This document shows, one piece after another, positions 33,960 to 42,714 of a stretch of DNA of 64,000 nucleotides. The position numbers and the translations under genes are program-made. The notes under the pieces are model-generated. The model saw nothing but the letters and a program-made list of their open reading frames with translations, did no database searches and had not been told where the DNA came from. Numbering within the stretch: the stretch's first letter is position 1; every line of letters begins with the position of its first letter. The stretch is from an uncultured Gemmatimonadales bacterium. GTDB taxonomy: Bacteria; Gemmatimonadota; Gemmatimonadetes; Gemmatimonadales; GWC2-71-9. Location: positions 224,001-288,000 of the forward strand of contig CAWJMT010000035.1 of the NCBI GenBank assembly GCA_963844035.1, written 5' to 3'.

Positions 33960-34056
33960 CGAGACCGCTCCAGTGCCGAGCAACAGATTGGAGCAGCGGC
34001 GAGGGGCGTCTCGACTGACAGTCGCCGCGACTCATACACTCGGAAGGGAGTCCCGC

Positions 34057-34473
34057 ATGAGCCGCAAGGGTTTCACGTTGATCGAGCTGCTGATCGTCGT
34101 GGTGATCATCGGCATCTTGGCCGCCATCGCGATCCCGAAGTTCGCCAACACGAAGGAAAAGGCGTACATCGCCTCCATGAAGTCGGACCTGCGCAACCTG
34201 GTGACCGCCGAGGAGGCGTACTTCGCCGACTCGATCAAGTACACCACGGCCATTTCGTGCGCCAATCCGGCGCCGGCGGGTTCGGTCTCGTTCTGTACGA
34301 CGCAGGGAAATACGCTGGGCACCGTCACGACCGGTGTCGGCACGCAGGCGGGTTGGACGACGAACGTCACCAACACCAACACGTCCAAGAGCTGCGGCAT
34401 CTACATCGGCGCCGTGACGCCGACGGCTCCGGCTTCGGCCGCGTCGCCTGAAGGCGCGCCGGTTTGCCAATAG
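34057..34473 (+). CDS. type IV pilin (prepilin N-terminal cleavage/methylation domain)
   Basis: MSRKG/FTLIELLIVVVIIGILAAIAIPKF, MKSDLRNL..AEEAYF, C-terminal cysteines; GGGAG RBS. Confidence 0.93.
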   Translation: MSRKGFTLIELLIVVVIIGILAAIAIPKFANTKEKAYIASMKSDLRNLVTAEEAYFADSIKYTTAISCANPAPAGSVSFCTTQGNTLGTVTTGVGTQAGWTTNVTNTNTSKSCGIYIGAVTPTAPASAASPEGAPVCQ

Positions 34474-34482
34474 GCTAGGCGC

Positions 34483-34509
34483 AGACGCAGAGACGGGTAG
34501 GCGGGCAGA
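34483..34509. repeat. degenerate 8-bp tandem array
   Basis: agacgcag agacgggt aggcgggc aga. Confidence 0.5.
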
Positions 34510-34514
34510 ACCTG

Positions 34515-34550
34515 AGGGGGAGCATGGCGACATGCTTCCCCTTTGTGTTT
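34515..34550 (+). terminator. intrinsic terminator of pilin gene
   Basis: agggggagcatg-gcga-catgcttcccct followed by ttgtgttt. Confidence 0.8.
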
Positions 34551-34559
34551 CCGGGGAAA

Positions 34560-34642
34560 CGGAGGGCACAGGATTCGAACCTGTAAGGGCTTGCGCCCGC
34601 CGGTTTTCAAGACCGGTGCCTTAGCCATTCGGCCAGCCCTCC
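34560..34642 (-). tRNA. tRNA-Ser (anticodon TGA), CCA not encoded
   Basis: GGAGGGCTGGCCGAATGGCTAAGGCACCGGTCTTGAAAACCGGCGGGCGCAAGCCCTTACAGGTTCGAATCCTGTGCCCTCCG. Confidence 0.95.
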
Positions 34643-34652
34643 TGGAGACAAA

Positions 34653-34716
34653 ATAGGCGGGAAGCCGGGAAGGCGGGTAGAGGGACAGCTTCCCGTCTTC
34701 CCGCCTGCCCGCCTAT
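34653..34716. repeat. inverted pair of 8-bp arrays (AGGCGGGA-type x3), hairpin
   Basis: ataggcggga agccggga aggcgggt ... ttcccgtct tcccgcct gcccgcct at; overlaps the DUF2723 stop codon. Confidence 0.8.
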
Positions 34717-36830
34717 CGCTGGTCCGCGTAGCTCGTGTTCTTGAAGATCGAGTCGGCGATGGCGCCGGCCTGGGCCGCAAGCTTCGCGTCCTTGTCCTTG
34801 AGCGTCGATGACAACGCCTGGTACATCAACCCATACAGCGCGATGATCCCTTCCGACGGCCGGTCCACCCAGCCGCGCGGCCGGGGTTTGGCCGCCGTGC
34901 TCGAGTGGTACACGTCGAGCATGAGCGCGGTGGTGCGCGGGATGTTGGCGTAGCCGAGCTGGCCGATCGCTTGAATACTGTCGGACGGCACGATCGGCGT
35001 GTAGTGCAGCTTGCGGGCGAAGCCCTGGCCCTCAACGTAGGCGGTGAGGCCGAACTGATCGGCGTACAACCCCACCGTACGCGAGAAGTAAATCGGCCGC
35101 TTCCCCTGATTGTCCTTGATCGCCTGCAGCACCACGACATCGGCGCGCTCCAAGTACTCGCGACCGATCAGCCCGGGATCGAGCGTGGTGACGATCGTGC
35201 CCAGCGACACGTTGGTCTTCTTGTCGAGCACGTAGTAAGGCTGAAGCGCGGCGAGCTGCTCGTCGGAAATGTTCAGCACGCGGTCCGTCGGCTTGGGCCA
35301 GCTGCGTCCCTGGTAGATCGCCGGCGCGCGCGCCGAATCGAACGTGAACACCGGGCGGCGCTGCATCTGCCGCAGGTACCAATCGGTGTTGCCGAGCGAG
35401 AGGTTCAAGACGGTGACGTCCTTGCGGACGCCCTCCACCTCCTGGGCGTACCACAGGGGGAAGGTGTCGTTGTCGCCCGCCGTCACCAGCACGCCATAGG
35501 GCTCGACCGACTGCAGCATGTCCACCGCGAAGTCACGCGCCAGGGTCTCGCCGGCGCGCGACGCGGTGAGACGGTTGCCGACCAGCGGAATGAGCGAGAA
35601 CAGCAGCACCGGCGTAGAGAGGAGCCAGCGCCGCTCCGCATTCGGCTCGCGCTGCGCGAGCGCCTCGCCTACCCATTCCATCAGGGTCGCCAGGCCGATC
35701 GCCACCCACAGGCCCCACAGGGCGTACGACGCGATGAAGAAGTAGTCGCGCTCGCGTACCTCACGCGGCAGCTGCGGCTTGTCGGGGTACTCGGAGTAGC
35801 CGTACTTGAAGTTCAAGTAGAAGATCAACAGCAGCGTGAGCGTGGCGATCAGCGCGGTCATCGCCGCCGCGGAGCGCTTGTCGGCCTTCCAATGGCGCCA
35901 CGCGCCCAGCAGGCCGACGGCGCCGAAGATCACGCCGAGCCCGCGGCGTACCGCCGGGTGCCAATCGTGTCCCCACTGCCAGGTGAAGTACTGCACCCAC
36001 ATGCCGAGCTGAGCGACCAGCGTGGCCTGCCGCTCGATGAGAGACGGCTTGCCGTACTGCTCGCGGTTCAAGACCGCCTGCAGCGCGGCCCAGGTGGTGG
36101 GCTCGCCCTCGTTGATCGCGGGATAAAAATGCGCGCGGATGTACAGGAAGGCCCACACGCTGACCCCCACGGCCCCCACGCCGACGGCGGCGACGAGAAA
36201 CCGCGGGTTCAAGAGGGCCTTGGGGTCGGTGTAGAGCACGTAGATCAGCACCGCGGGCGCAACGAGCAGGCCCATCAAATGATTCGTCGCCGTGAGCGCC
36301 AGGATGTACACGATGACGAGCAGATGGTGATCGCGCCGGTCGGCGCTCGTCTGGTCGCCCCACCGCACGATCAGCCACAGCACCAGCGCGATCGAGCAGA
36401 GGCTGACGGTGTAGACCTTCTCGTTCACGACCGACTGGTTCCAGACGGTGAACGCGGTCGCTGCGACGATCGCCCCCGCCAGCGCCGCGAGGCGGCGCGG
36501 CAAGCTCGCTGGAACGATGGGACGGAGCCAGCGCTCGCCGATCAGGAACCAGCACCCGGCCGCCACGGCGCTGGTGGCCGCTGCGAACAGGTTGATCCGC
36601 GTCGCGTAGGCCGCCGCGAACGGGATCAACCCCCACACGTGCGCCAGCATCACGAAGAAGGGATTGCCCGGCGGATGGGGGATCCCCAGCACGTACGCCG
36701 CCGCGATGTACTCGGACGTGTCCCAGAACTGTGTGGTCGGGGCCAGCGTGATGATGTAGAGCAGCAGTGTGCCGAGCGCCACCAGCCCGGCCCAGAGGTA
36801 CGGCGGTCGTTGCTCGAGGCTCTCGTCCAT
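34713..36830 (-). CDS. DUF2723 / TMEM260-like membrane glycosyltransferase-type protein
   Basis: TLAPT..FWDTSEYIAAA..LGIPHPPGNP, W.QSV..E.VY, NHL, REVRERDYFF, GDNDTFPLWY.QEVEG.R.DV. Confidence 0.88.
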   Translation of the reverse strand: MDESLEQRPPYLWAGLVALGTLLLYIITLAPTTQFWDTSEYIAAAYVLGIPHPPGNPFFVMLAHVWGLIPFAAAYATRINLFAAATSAVAAGCWFLIGERWLRPIVPASLPRRLAALAGAIVAATAFTVWNQSVVNEKVYTVSLCSIALVLWLIVRWGDQTSADRRDHHLLVIVYILALTATNHLMGLLVAPAVLIYVLYTDPKALLNPRFLVAAVGVGAVGVSVWAFLYIRAHFYPAINEGEPTTWAALQAVLNREQYGKPSLIERQATLVAQLGMWVQYFTWQWGHDWHPAVRRGLGVIFGAVGLLGAWRHWKADKRSAAAMTALIATLTLLLIFYLNFKYGYSEYPDKPQLPREVRERDYFFIASYALWGLWVAIGLATLMEWVGEALAQREPNAERRWLLSTPVLLFSLIPLVGNRLTASRAGETLARDFAVDMLQSVEPYGVLVTAGDNDTFPLWYAQEVEGVRKDVTVLNLSLGNTDWYLRQMQRRPVFTFDSARAPAIYQGRSWPKPTDRVLNISDEQLAALQPYYVLDKKTNVSLGTIVTTLDPGLIGREYLERADVVVLQAIKDNQGKRPIYFSRTVGLYADQFGLTAYVEGQGFARKLHYTPIVPSDSIQAIGQLGYANIPRTTALMLDVYHSSTAAKPRPRGWVDRPSEGIIALYGLMYQALSSTLKDKDAKLAAQAGAIADSIFKNTSYADQR

Positions 36831-36842
36831 GTCCGCTCTTGG

Positions 36843-38374
36843 CTAGTGTCGGAATTGGCGGGTGCCGGTGAGCACCATCGCCATGTCGTGCTGGTCCGCG
36901 GCCGCAATCACTTCCGCATCCTTTACCGAGCCGCCCGGCTGGATGATCGCGCGCACCCCCGCCCGGGCGGCCTCTTCGACACCGTCGGCGAACGGAAAGA
37001 ACGCGTCGGAAGCTAACACCGCGCCCGCCGGATCGTGCCCCTGCTGGCGCGCCTTGTGGACGGCCATGAACGAAGCGTCCACCCGGCTGGTCTGGCCCCC
37101 GCCGATGCCGATCGCCGCTTCGGCGCGCGCCAGGAGAATCGCGTTCGATTTGACCGCCCCGACCGCTGCCCAGGCAAACCGCAGGTCACGCCACTCGGTC
37201 TCGTCCGGCGCGCGCCGCGTTGCGACTTTCCACGCCGCTTCGCCCGCCGGCTGGAACCGGTCCTGCGCGAGAAACCCGCCGCGCAACCGCTTGAAATCAA
37301 GCCCGGCGCCGCCCGGCGGGAAGGGCAGGGTCACCACGCGGAGATTTTTCTTCTGCTGGAAGGTGGCGAGCGCATCATCCGCGAACCGCGGCGCGACCAC
37401 CACCTCGACGAACAGGTCGCGCATCGCCTCGGCGGTGGCCCGGTCTACTTCGACATTGAACGCGATCACCGACCCGAACGCCGACGTCCGGTCGGTGGCG
37501 AGCGCGCGCTCGTAGGCGTCCTGGGCGCTCCGGCCCAGCGCGATCCCGCACGGCGTGGTGTGCTTGATGATGGCGCACGCCGGGCGGTCGGTCCACAAGG
37601 CGGCCGCCATCAGCGCGGCATCCAGGTCGAGCAGGTTATTGAACGACAGCTCCTTGCCGTGGAGCTGTCGCAGGTCACGAACGCCGGGCTCGTCGCCCGA
37701 GTACAGTGCCGCGCGCTGGTTGGGGTTTTCCCCGTAGCGCAGGCTCTGCTGCTGCGACAGCACCAGCGCCAACGCCGGTGGCAGCTCCGTCGGCGTCGCG
37801 CGTGAGATAGTTGAGGATCGCGGCGTCGTACGCCGCCGTGTGGGCGAAGACCTTGGTGGCGAGGGCCCGGCGCAGGTCGGGAGTGATCCCCGGGCTCGCG
37901 CCCGGGGTGCAGCGCCGCGACGATCACAGGATAGTCGTCCGGTTCGACGACGACGATCACGTCCTGATGGTTCTTCGCCGCCGAGCGGAGCATCGAGGGG
38001 CCGCCGATGTCGATCTGCTCGATCGCCTGCTCGAAGGTCGTCTGGGGTTTCGCGACGGTCTCCCGGAACGGGTAAAGATTCACGGCGACGAGATCGATCG
38101 GCGTGATGCCGTGTTGCTTGAGGGAGGCACGGTCGCCCGGGTGGGCGCGGCGGGCCAGCAGGCCGCCGTGCACCTTGGGGTGCAGCGTCTTGACGCGGCC
38201 GTCCATGATCTCGGGAAACCCGGTCACGTCGTCGATCGGGATGACCGCGATCCCGGCGCGCCGCAGTGCCTCCGCGGTCCCGCCGGTAGAAACGATCTCC
38301 CAGCCGAGTTTGGCGAGTGCCTGCGCGAACTCGACGATGCCGCGCTTGTCGGAGACGGAGAGGAGCGCTCTCAT
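36843..38374 (-). CDS. purH: bifunctional AICAR transformylase / IMP cyclohydrolase; apparent frameshifts near 37800-37900
   Basis: [65 protein letters not shown]. Confidence 0.95.
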
Positions 38375-38386
38375 GTGCGGCGCGCC

Positions 38387-39049
38387 TTAGGCCTCGAACG
38401 TGATCGCACCATCGCCTCCGGCCATGAACGCGGCGCCCGCAGGGAACAGGCGGACCGGCCGCTGCGGCAAGCCGCGCTCGGCCAGCGCGATCACGACAGC
38501 GGGGAGCAGGCGGTGCTCCGCCTCCAGGACGCGCGCGGCAAGCGACTGCTGCGTGTCGCCCGCATGCACCGGGACCGGCCACTGCGCGATGACCGGTCCG
38601 TGGTCGAACTCCTCGTCCACGTAGTGGATCGTCGCGCCCGACACGGTGGCGCCGCTCGCGAGCACACCCTCATGCACGCGGCGGCCGTACATCCCCGCAC
38701 CCCCGAACGACGGCAGCAGGGCGGGGTGGATGTTGATCATCCGCAGGTGAAACACGGAGACGACCGGAATCGGCACGCGCTTCAGGTACCCCGCCAGGAC
38801 CACGAGCCGCGCGTCGCCGATCGCCCCCAACATCTCGGCGGGGTCGGTGGGATCGGCCAGCACGGCCGTCGGGACGCCGGCCTTCCGGGCCCGCTCGAGC
38901 GCGCCGGCCTTCGGGTTGCTCGAGATGACACGCACCACCCGCGCGACGGTGGAGCCGCGCAGCCCGTCCAGCAGCGCCTGCATGTTCGTGCCGCTGCCGG
39001 ACACGAGGACAGCGACGGAAAGCGGCGTGGGGGTGGGCGTGGGGGTCAA
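38387..39049 (-). CDS. purN: phosphoribosylglycinamide formyltransferase
   Basis: AVLVSGSGTNMQAL, LAGY, NIHPALLPSFGG, SGATIH.V..E.D.GP; start may be 39061. Confidence 0.93.
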   Translation of the reverse strand: MTPTPTPTPLSVAVLVSGSGTNMQALLDGLRGSTVARVVRVISSNPKAGALERARKAGVPTAVLADPTDPAEMLGAIGDARLVVLAGYLKRVPIPVVSVFHLRMINIHPALLPSFGGAGMYGRRVHEGVLASGATVSGATIHYVDEEFDHGPVIAQWPVPVHAGDTQQSLAARVLEAEHRLLPAVVIALAERGLPQRPVRLFPAGAAFMAGGDGAITFEA

Positions 39050-39468
39050 TGCTGGCGGCAACGGCTGAGCACCTTCGGTTTCGAGCCGCTGGCGACGCTG
39101 AGGGTGAACGGGCCGGCTTGCAGCTTCTCGGTGCTGGTCACGGCAATATGATACACTCCCCGCTGGGGAAACCGTACGGTGAGCCGCGCATTACACAGCC
39201 CGCCCGAATCGTCGTCCTGCAAGTCGTTGGCGAGCCCGGGGCCGTACACGATCAGGTACGCGTCGAAGCTGTCGGATACGAGATCGATCGTCACCACCGC
39301 GCCCTCCGTGGCCACGATCTCCCATCGTTGCACGTAGGTCTTGTCACGGGTCTGGGCGTCGCCGCGGCGCAGGGCGCCATGGATCGTCTGGCCCACCGCG
39401 ATCGTGTCGGCGGACGGTGGCGACCCGAGCCACCCCGCGGCCGCGAGCAGCAAATGTGCTCCGGTCAC
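39046..39468 (-). CDS. exported PPC (pre-peptidase C-terminal)-like domain protein
   Basis: G.L...D, V.IDL.S..FDAYL...GP....DDDSGG..NARL...P..G.Y.I. Confidence 0.7.
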   Translation of the reverse strand: MTGAHLLLAAAGWLGSPPSADTIAVGQTIHGALRRGDAQTRDKTYVQRWEIVATEGAVVTIDLVSDSFDAYLIVYGPGLANDLQDDDSGGLCNARLTVRFPQRGVYHIAVTSTEKLQAGPFTLSVASGSKPKVLSRCRQH

Positions 39469-40013
39469 GCCGCGCGCACAATCTGCTCGGCCGCAGCGGC
39501 GAGATCGGCGACGACCGGCACCCCCAGCACACGGGCCTGCTCGCGGTGCTCGGCGCCGCGCCCCGTTTCCACGAGGAAGCCCCGGCCCCCGAGGACGCGC
39601 GCCGGCTCGACGTCGCTCAAGCGGTCGCCCACCCAAAAGGACCGCGCGAAATCGATCCCGAGTGCTGCCTGCGCATCGCGGAACAGCTTGAGTCCGGGTT
39701 TGCGGCACTCACACGGGCCGCTGATCGCCGGGTAATGCGGGCAGAAGTACGACCCATCGAGCCGCGCGTCGTGCGCGGCGAGCAGCTCGAACAGCCGCTG
39801 CTGCACGGCGTTGTATGCGGTCTCGTCGTACATGCCCCGCGCGATCCCCGACTGGTTGCTCACGCTGACCACCACAAATCCAGCCGCGTTCAGGCGATGG
39901 ATCGCCTCGGCCGAGCCGGGGATAAACCGCACCCGCTCCGGTTGGTGCAAGTAGGCCGGGTCCACGAGAATCGTGCCATCGCGGTCGAGAAATGCCGCGC
40001 GCCGTTCAGCCAC
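39465..40013 (-). CDS. gmhB: D-glycero-D-manno-heptose-1,7-bisphosphate phosphatase-like HAD IIIA hydrolase
   Basis: FLDRDGT, SNQSGIARG, CPH....C.CRKP, GDRLSD. Confidence 0.85.
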   Translation of the reverse strand: MAERRAAFLDRDGTILVDPAYLHQPERVRFIPGSAEAIHRLNAAGFVVVSVSNQSGIARGMYDETAYNAVQQRLFELLAAHDARLDGSYFCPHYPAISGPCECRKPGLKLFRDAQAALGIDFARSFWVGDRLSDVEPARVLGGRGFLVETGRGAEHREQARVLGVPVVADLAAAAEQIVRAA

Positions 40014-41368
40014 CGAGCGCAGCCCCCGCGACGCGCACCACGCTCGCGTCATCGCCTGGCAGCATGGTGCGCGGGTCGAGGACCACGTGGTCCCCCTCGA
40101 TGCGTGCGATCACCGGTGGATCTCCGTCGCGCATGCGGGCCACCAGCTCATCGGCGCTGAGCCCCGAAGGCGCCAGCCGCACCAGCCAGGTAGGGAGCGC
40201 GGCCCCGGGGAAGGAACCGCCCCCGACTTCGGAGACGCCTTCGACGGTCTGGGCGTGCGCCGCGGCGGGCAGCGCCCGCGCGAGCGCCTCAGCGCGGCGG
40301 CGCAAGTCGCCCGCGTCGGCGGTGAGCATCTGGAGCACGGGAATCTCGCGGCGCGCGGCCTCGGGATCGCGATACAGCGCCAGGGTTGCCTCGAGCGCCG
40401 CCAGGGTGAACTTGTCGGCGCGCAGCGCGCGGGCCAGCGGATCGCTGCGGCACGCGGCGATCACAGTCGTCGTGCCGAGCAGGATGCCGGCCTGCGGGCC
40501 GCCGAGCAGCTTGTCGCCGCTGAACACCACTGCGTCCATCCCGCTTGCCACGGCGTCGCGCACGCGTGGCTCGCCGGTCAGGCCCCACGGGGCGAGATCG
40601 AACAGCAGGCCGCTCCCCAAATCGTACAGGCTCGCGACGTGGGCGTCGCGCGCCAGCACCGCGAGCGCCGCGGCCGGCACCTCGGTCGTGAATCCCGTCA
40701 CCTGAAAGTTGGAGCGGTGCACCTTCAACACGAGCCGAGTGGCGGCGCCGATGGCGCGGGCGTAGTCGTCGGGATGCGTGCGGTTGGTGGTGCCCACTTC
40801 GACCAGCGTGGCGCCGGAGCGCGCCAGAATGTCGGGGATGCGGAACTGACCACCGATCTCGACCAGCTCGCCGCGCGAGACGATCGCCTCAGCCGCCGCG
40901 CGCCAGCGCGCTCAATGCCAGCAGCAGTGCCGCCGCGGCGTTGTTCACCACCAGCGCATCCTCTGCACCGGTGAGCTCAACCAGGAGATCACGACATAGC
41001 AGGTGGCGTGACCCACGCGCGCCTCGGTCCAGGTCGTATTCGAGCGCCACGTATCCTGTCGCGACCCGGGCCAGCGCGTCGGCGGCGCGGCGCGCCAATA
41101 CGGCGCGGCCGAGGTTGGTGTGCAGGACGACTCCGGTGGCGTTGATGACCGACGCGAGCGCCGGTGCGGCGAGCCGGCCGGCGCGGGTCACGACGGCACT
41201 CCCCCAGCCTTCCGGGGGCGCGGCACCGCCGCCGGCCCGCGCCGCCTCGATGGTATCGCGCACGGCGCGGACCACCAGCGCACGCGGATGGGTCGCGAGC
41301 AACGCGGCCACCGGCAGCTCGGCGAGCAGGGCGTCCACCGCGGGGAGCTGGCGGCGCGGGTCGCTCAT
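40006..41368 (-). CDS. selA: L-seryl-tRNA(Sec) selenium transferase; apparent frameshift near 40890
   Basis: VINATGVVLHTNLGRA, LEYDL..G.RGSR, VNNAAAA, SRGELVEIGGQFRIPD, EVGTTNRT, VH.SNF, DLGSG, FSGDKLLGGPQAG. Confidence 0.93.
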
Positions 41369-42690
41369 CGCGGCTTGGCCGGCGCCGCCGGCGCCGGGGG
41401 TGCCGTACGCGTCGAGTCCTTCTTGGCGGAGCGGCTCCTTGGGGACGGGGACGGCAAGCACCGCCTCTCCGTTGCAGGTGGCGCCGTTCAGATTCATGGC
41501 GCGGACCCGCACGAGGTATTTCTTGCCGGGGACGAGCATGGTGCTCGTGCGGACGACCCAACGGTCGGTGGGTACCGGCCGGGTGCGGAGCAGCTGGCGC
41601 ACGTGGGCGGTGTCGACGCGCGCCGCGCCGCTCTCCTTCTGCACCCCGGGCCGGGGGCGGGCACCCGCCACTGCGCGCGCGCCGGCGTCGAATCGCGCTT
41701 CACCGCGCCACGCGCCGTGGTGTCCTTGGCGCGCTTCAGGGAGTCGGCAATCGCACGCTCGCGCGTCTGCAGCGAATCGAACACCGTGGTCGTCCAGATC
41801 GCCCGCACCGGCACCGCGGTCGTGTCCGGCAGCGCGAACAGGCGCACGCGCGCTGTGTCGAGCGGGAGGTAGGGATTGATCTGCGACGAGAACGTCATCC
41901 GGAACGTGACGGAGTCGGCCGGCGCCGCATCTTGCAGCCGCGGACCGATGGTGTCGTGGGCGAACGTCCAGAACATGGTGCTGCGGCTCGTGTCCACGGT
42001 CACGGTGACGGAATCGAACGCCTCACGGTCGTCGCGCTGCCGGTTCGAGTTCTGGTCGTGAATGGCGTAGACGCGGTACCGGCCCGGCAGGGATGTCCCG
42101 CAACGAGAAGGTGCCGGCAGAATCGGTGAAGGTCAGGTACGCGACGGTGTCCGGCAGGTGGGCGGCGCGGATCAGGGCTTGTGGCATGATCCGCTGTTCG
42201 ACCCACTGGAGCACGGTTCCCGAGAGTGCGGCATGGGGCAGGGCCGGCCCGGTCGAGAAGATCACTTTCTTGCCCTTGCTCATGATGTTGTGCCGCAGGT
42301 CGGTGATGCCCGGGAGGATCTCGAGGTGGTACACGCGCCCCTGCTTCCATCCTTCGCGCGGTTTGATATGAAGTGACGAGCGGTGCCATGAGACGTGCAC
42401 AGGCCCAGCGACGGGGGAGAGCACGATCTTGCTGGGGAGCCCGCTCAGTGGGCCTCCGCCTTTGCCCTCTCCGCCCACGCCGCCCATCTCGTCGATCAGC
42501 TCGTCGAACCGGATCACGGCATCGCCCTTGAAATCGGCGCGCACCGCACCCGATTCCGGCCGTGTGACGATGATGCGGGGCGGCAACGAGTCGGGCGGGC
42601 CACCTGGTGGCACCGCCATGTTCGCGCACGCGGTCCCGAGTGCGAGGACTAGTGCCGTTCCAACAATCTTCGCCGAGCGTCGATGATTGA
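41365..42690 (-). CDS. Ig-like (Big_5-type) domain lipoprotein; several apparent frameshifts, ends approximate
   Basis: LGTAC lipobox, PPGGPPD..PP, I.FDE.I, I.DLR.N, FSTGP, TDSAG.F, DTIGPRL. Confidence 0.65.
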
Positions 42691-42714
42691 TTGTCCCATG
42701 AAGTTGGAACGGCA

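Noticed and set aside
34560..34642. Possible tRNA-Sec given nearby selA
   Set aside because: The anticodon is TGA (reads UCA, Ser), not TCA, and the acceptor stem is a normal 7 bp.
34905..37016. Long antisense ORFs (e.g. 703 aa here, 778 aa at 8585-10921, 512 aa at 1800-3338)
   Set aside because: Arg/Ala/Gly-rich shadow frames of real genes, expected in high-GC DNA.
39025..39047. PTPTPT hexamer run at the purN N-terminus
   Set aside because: Short low-complexity linker that does not match the 7- or 8-bp repeat families.
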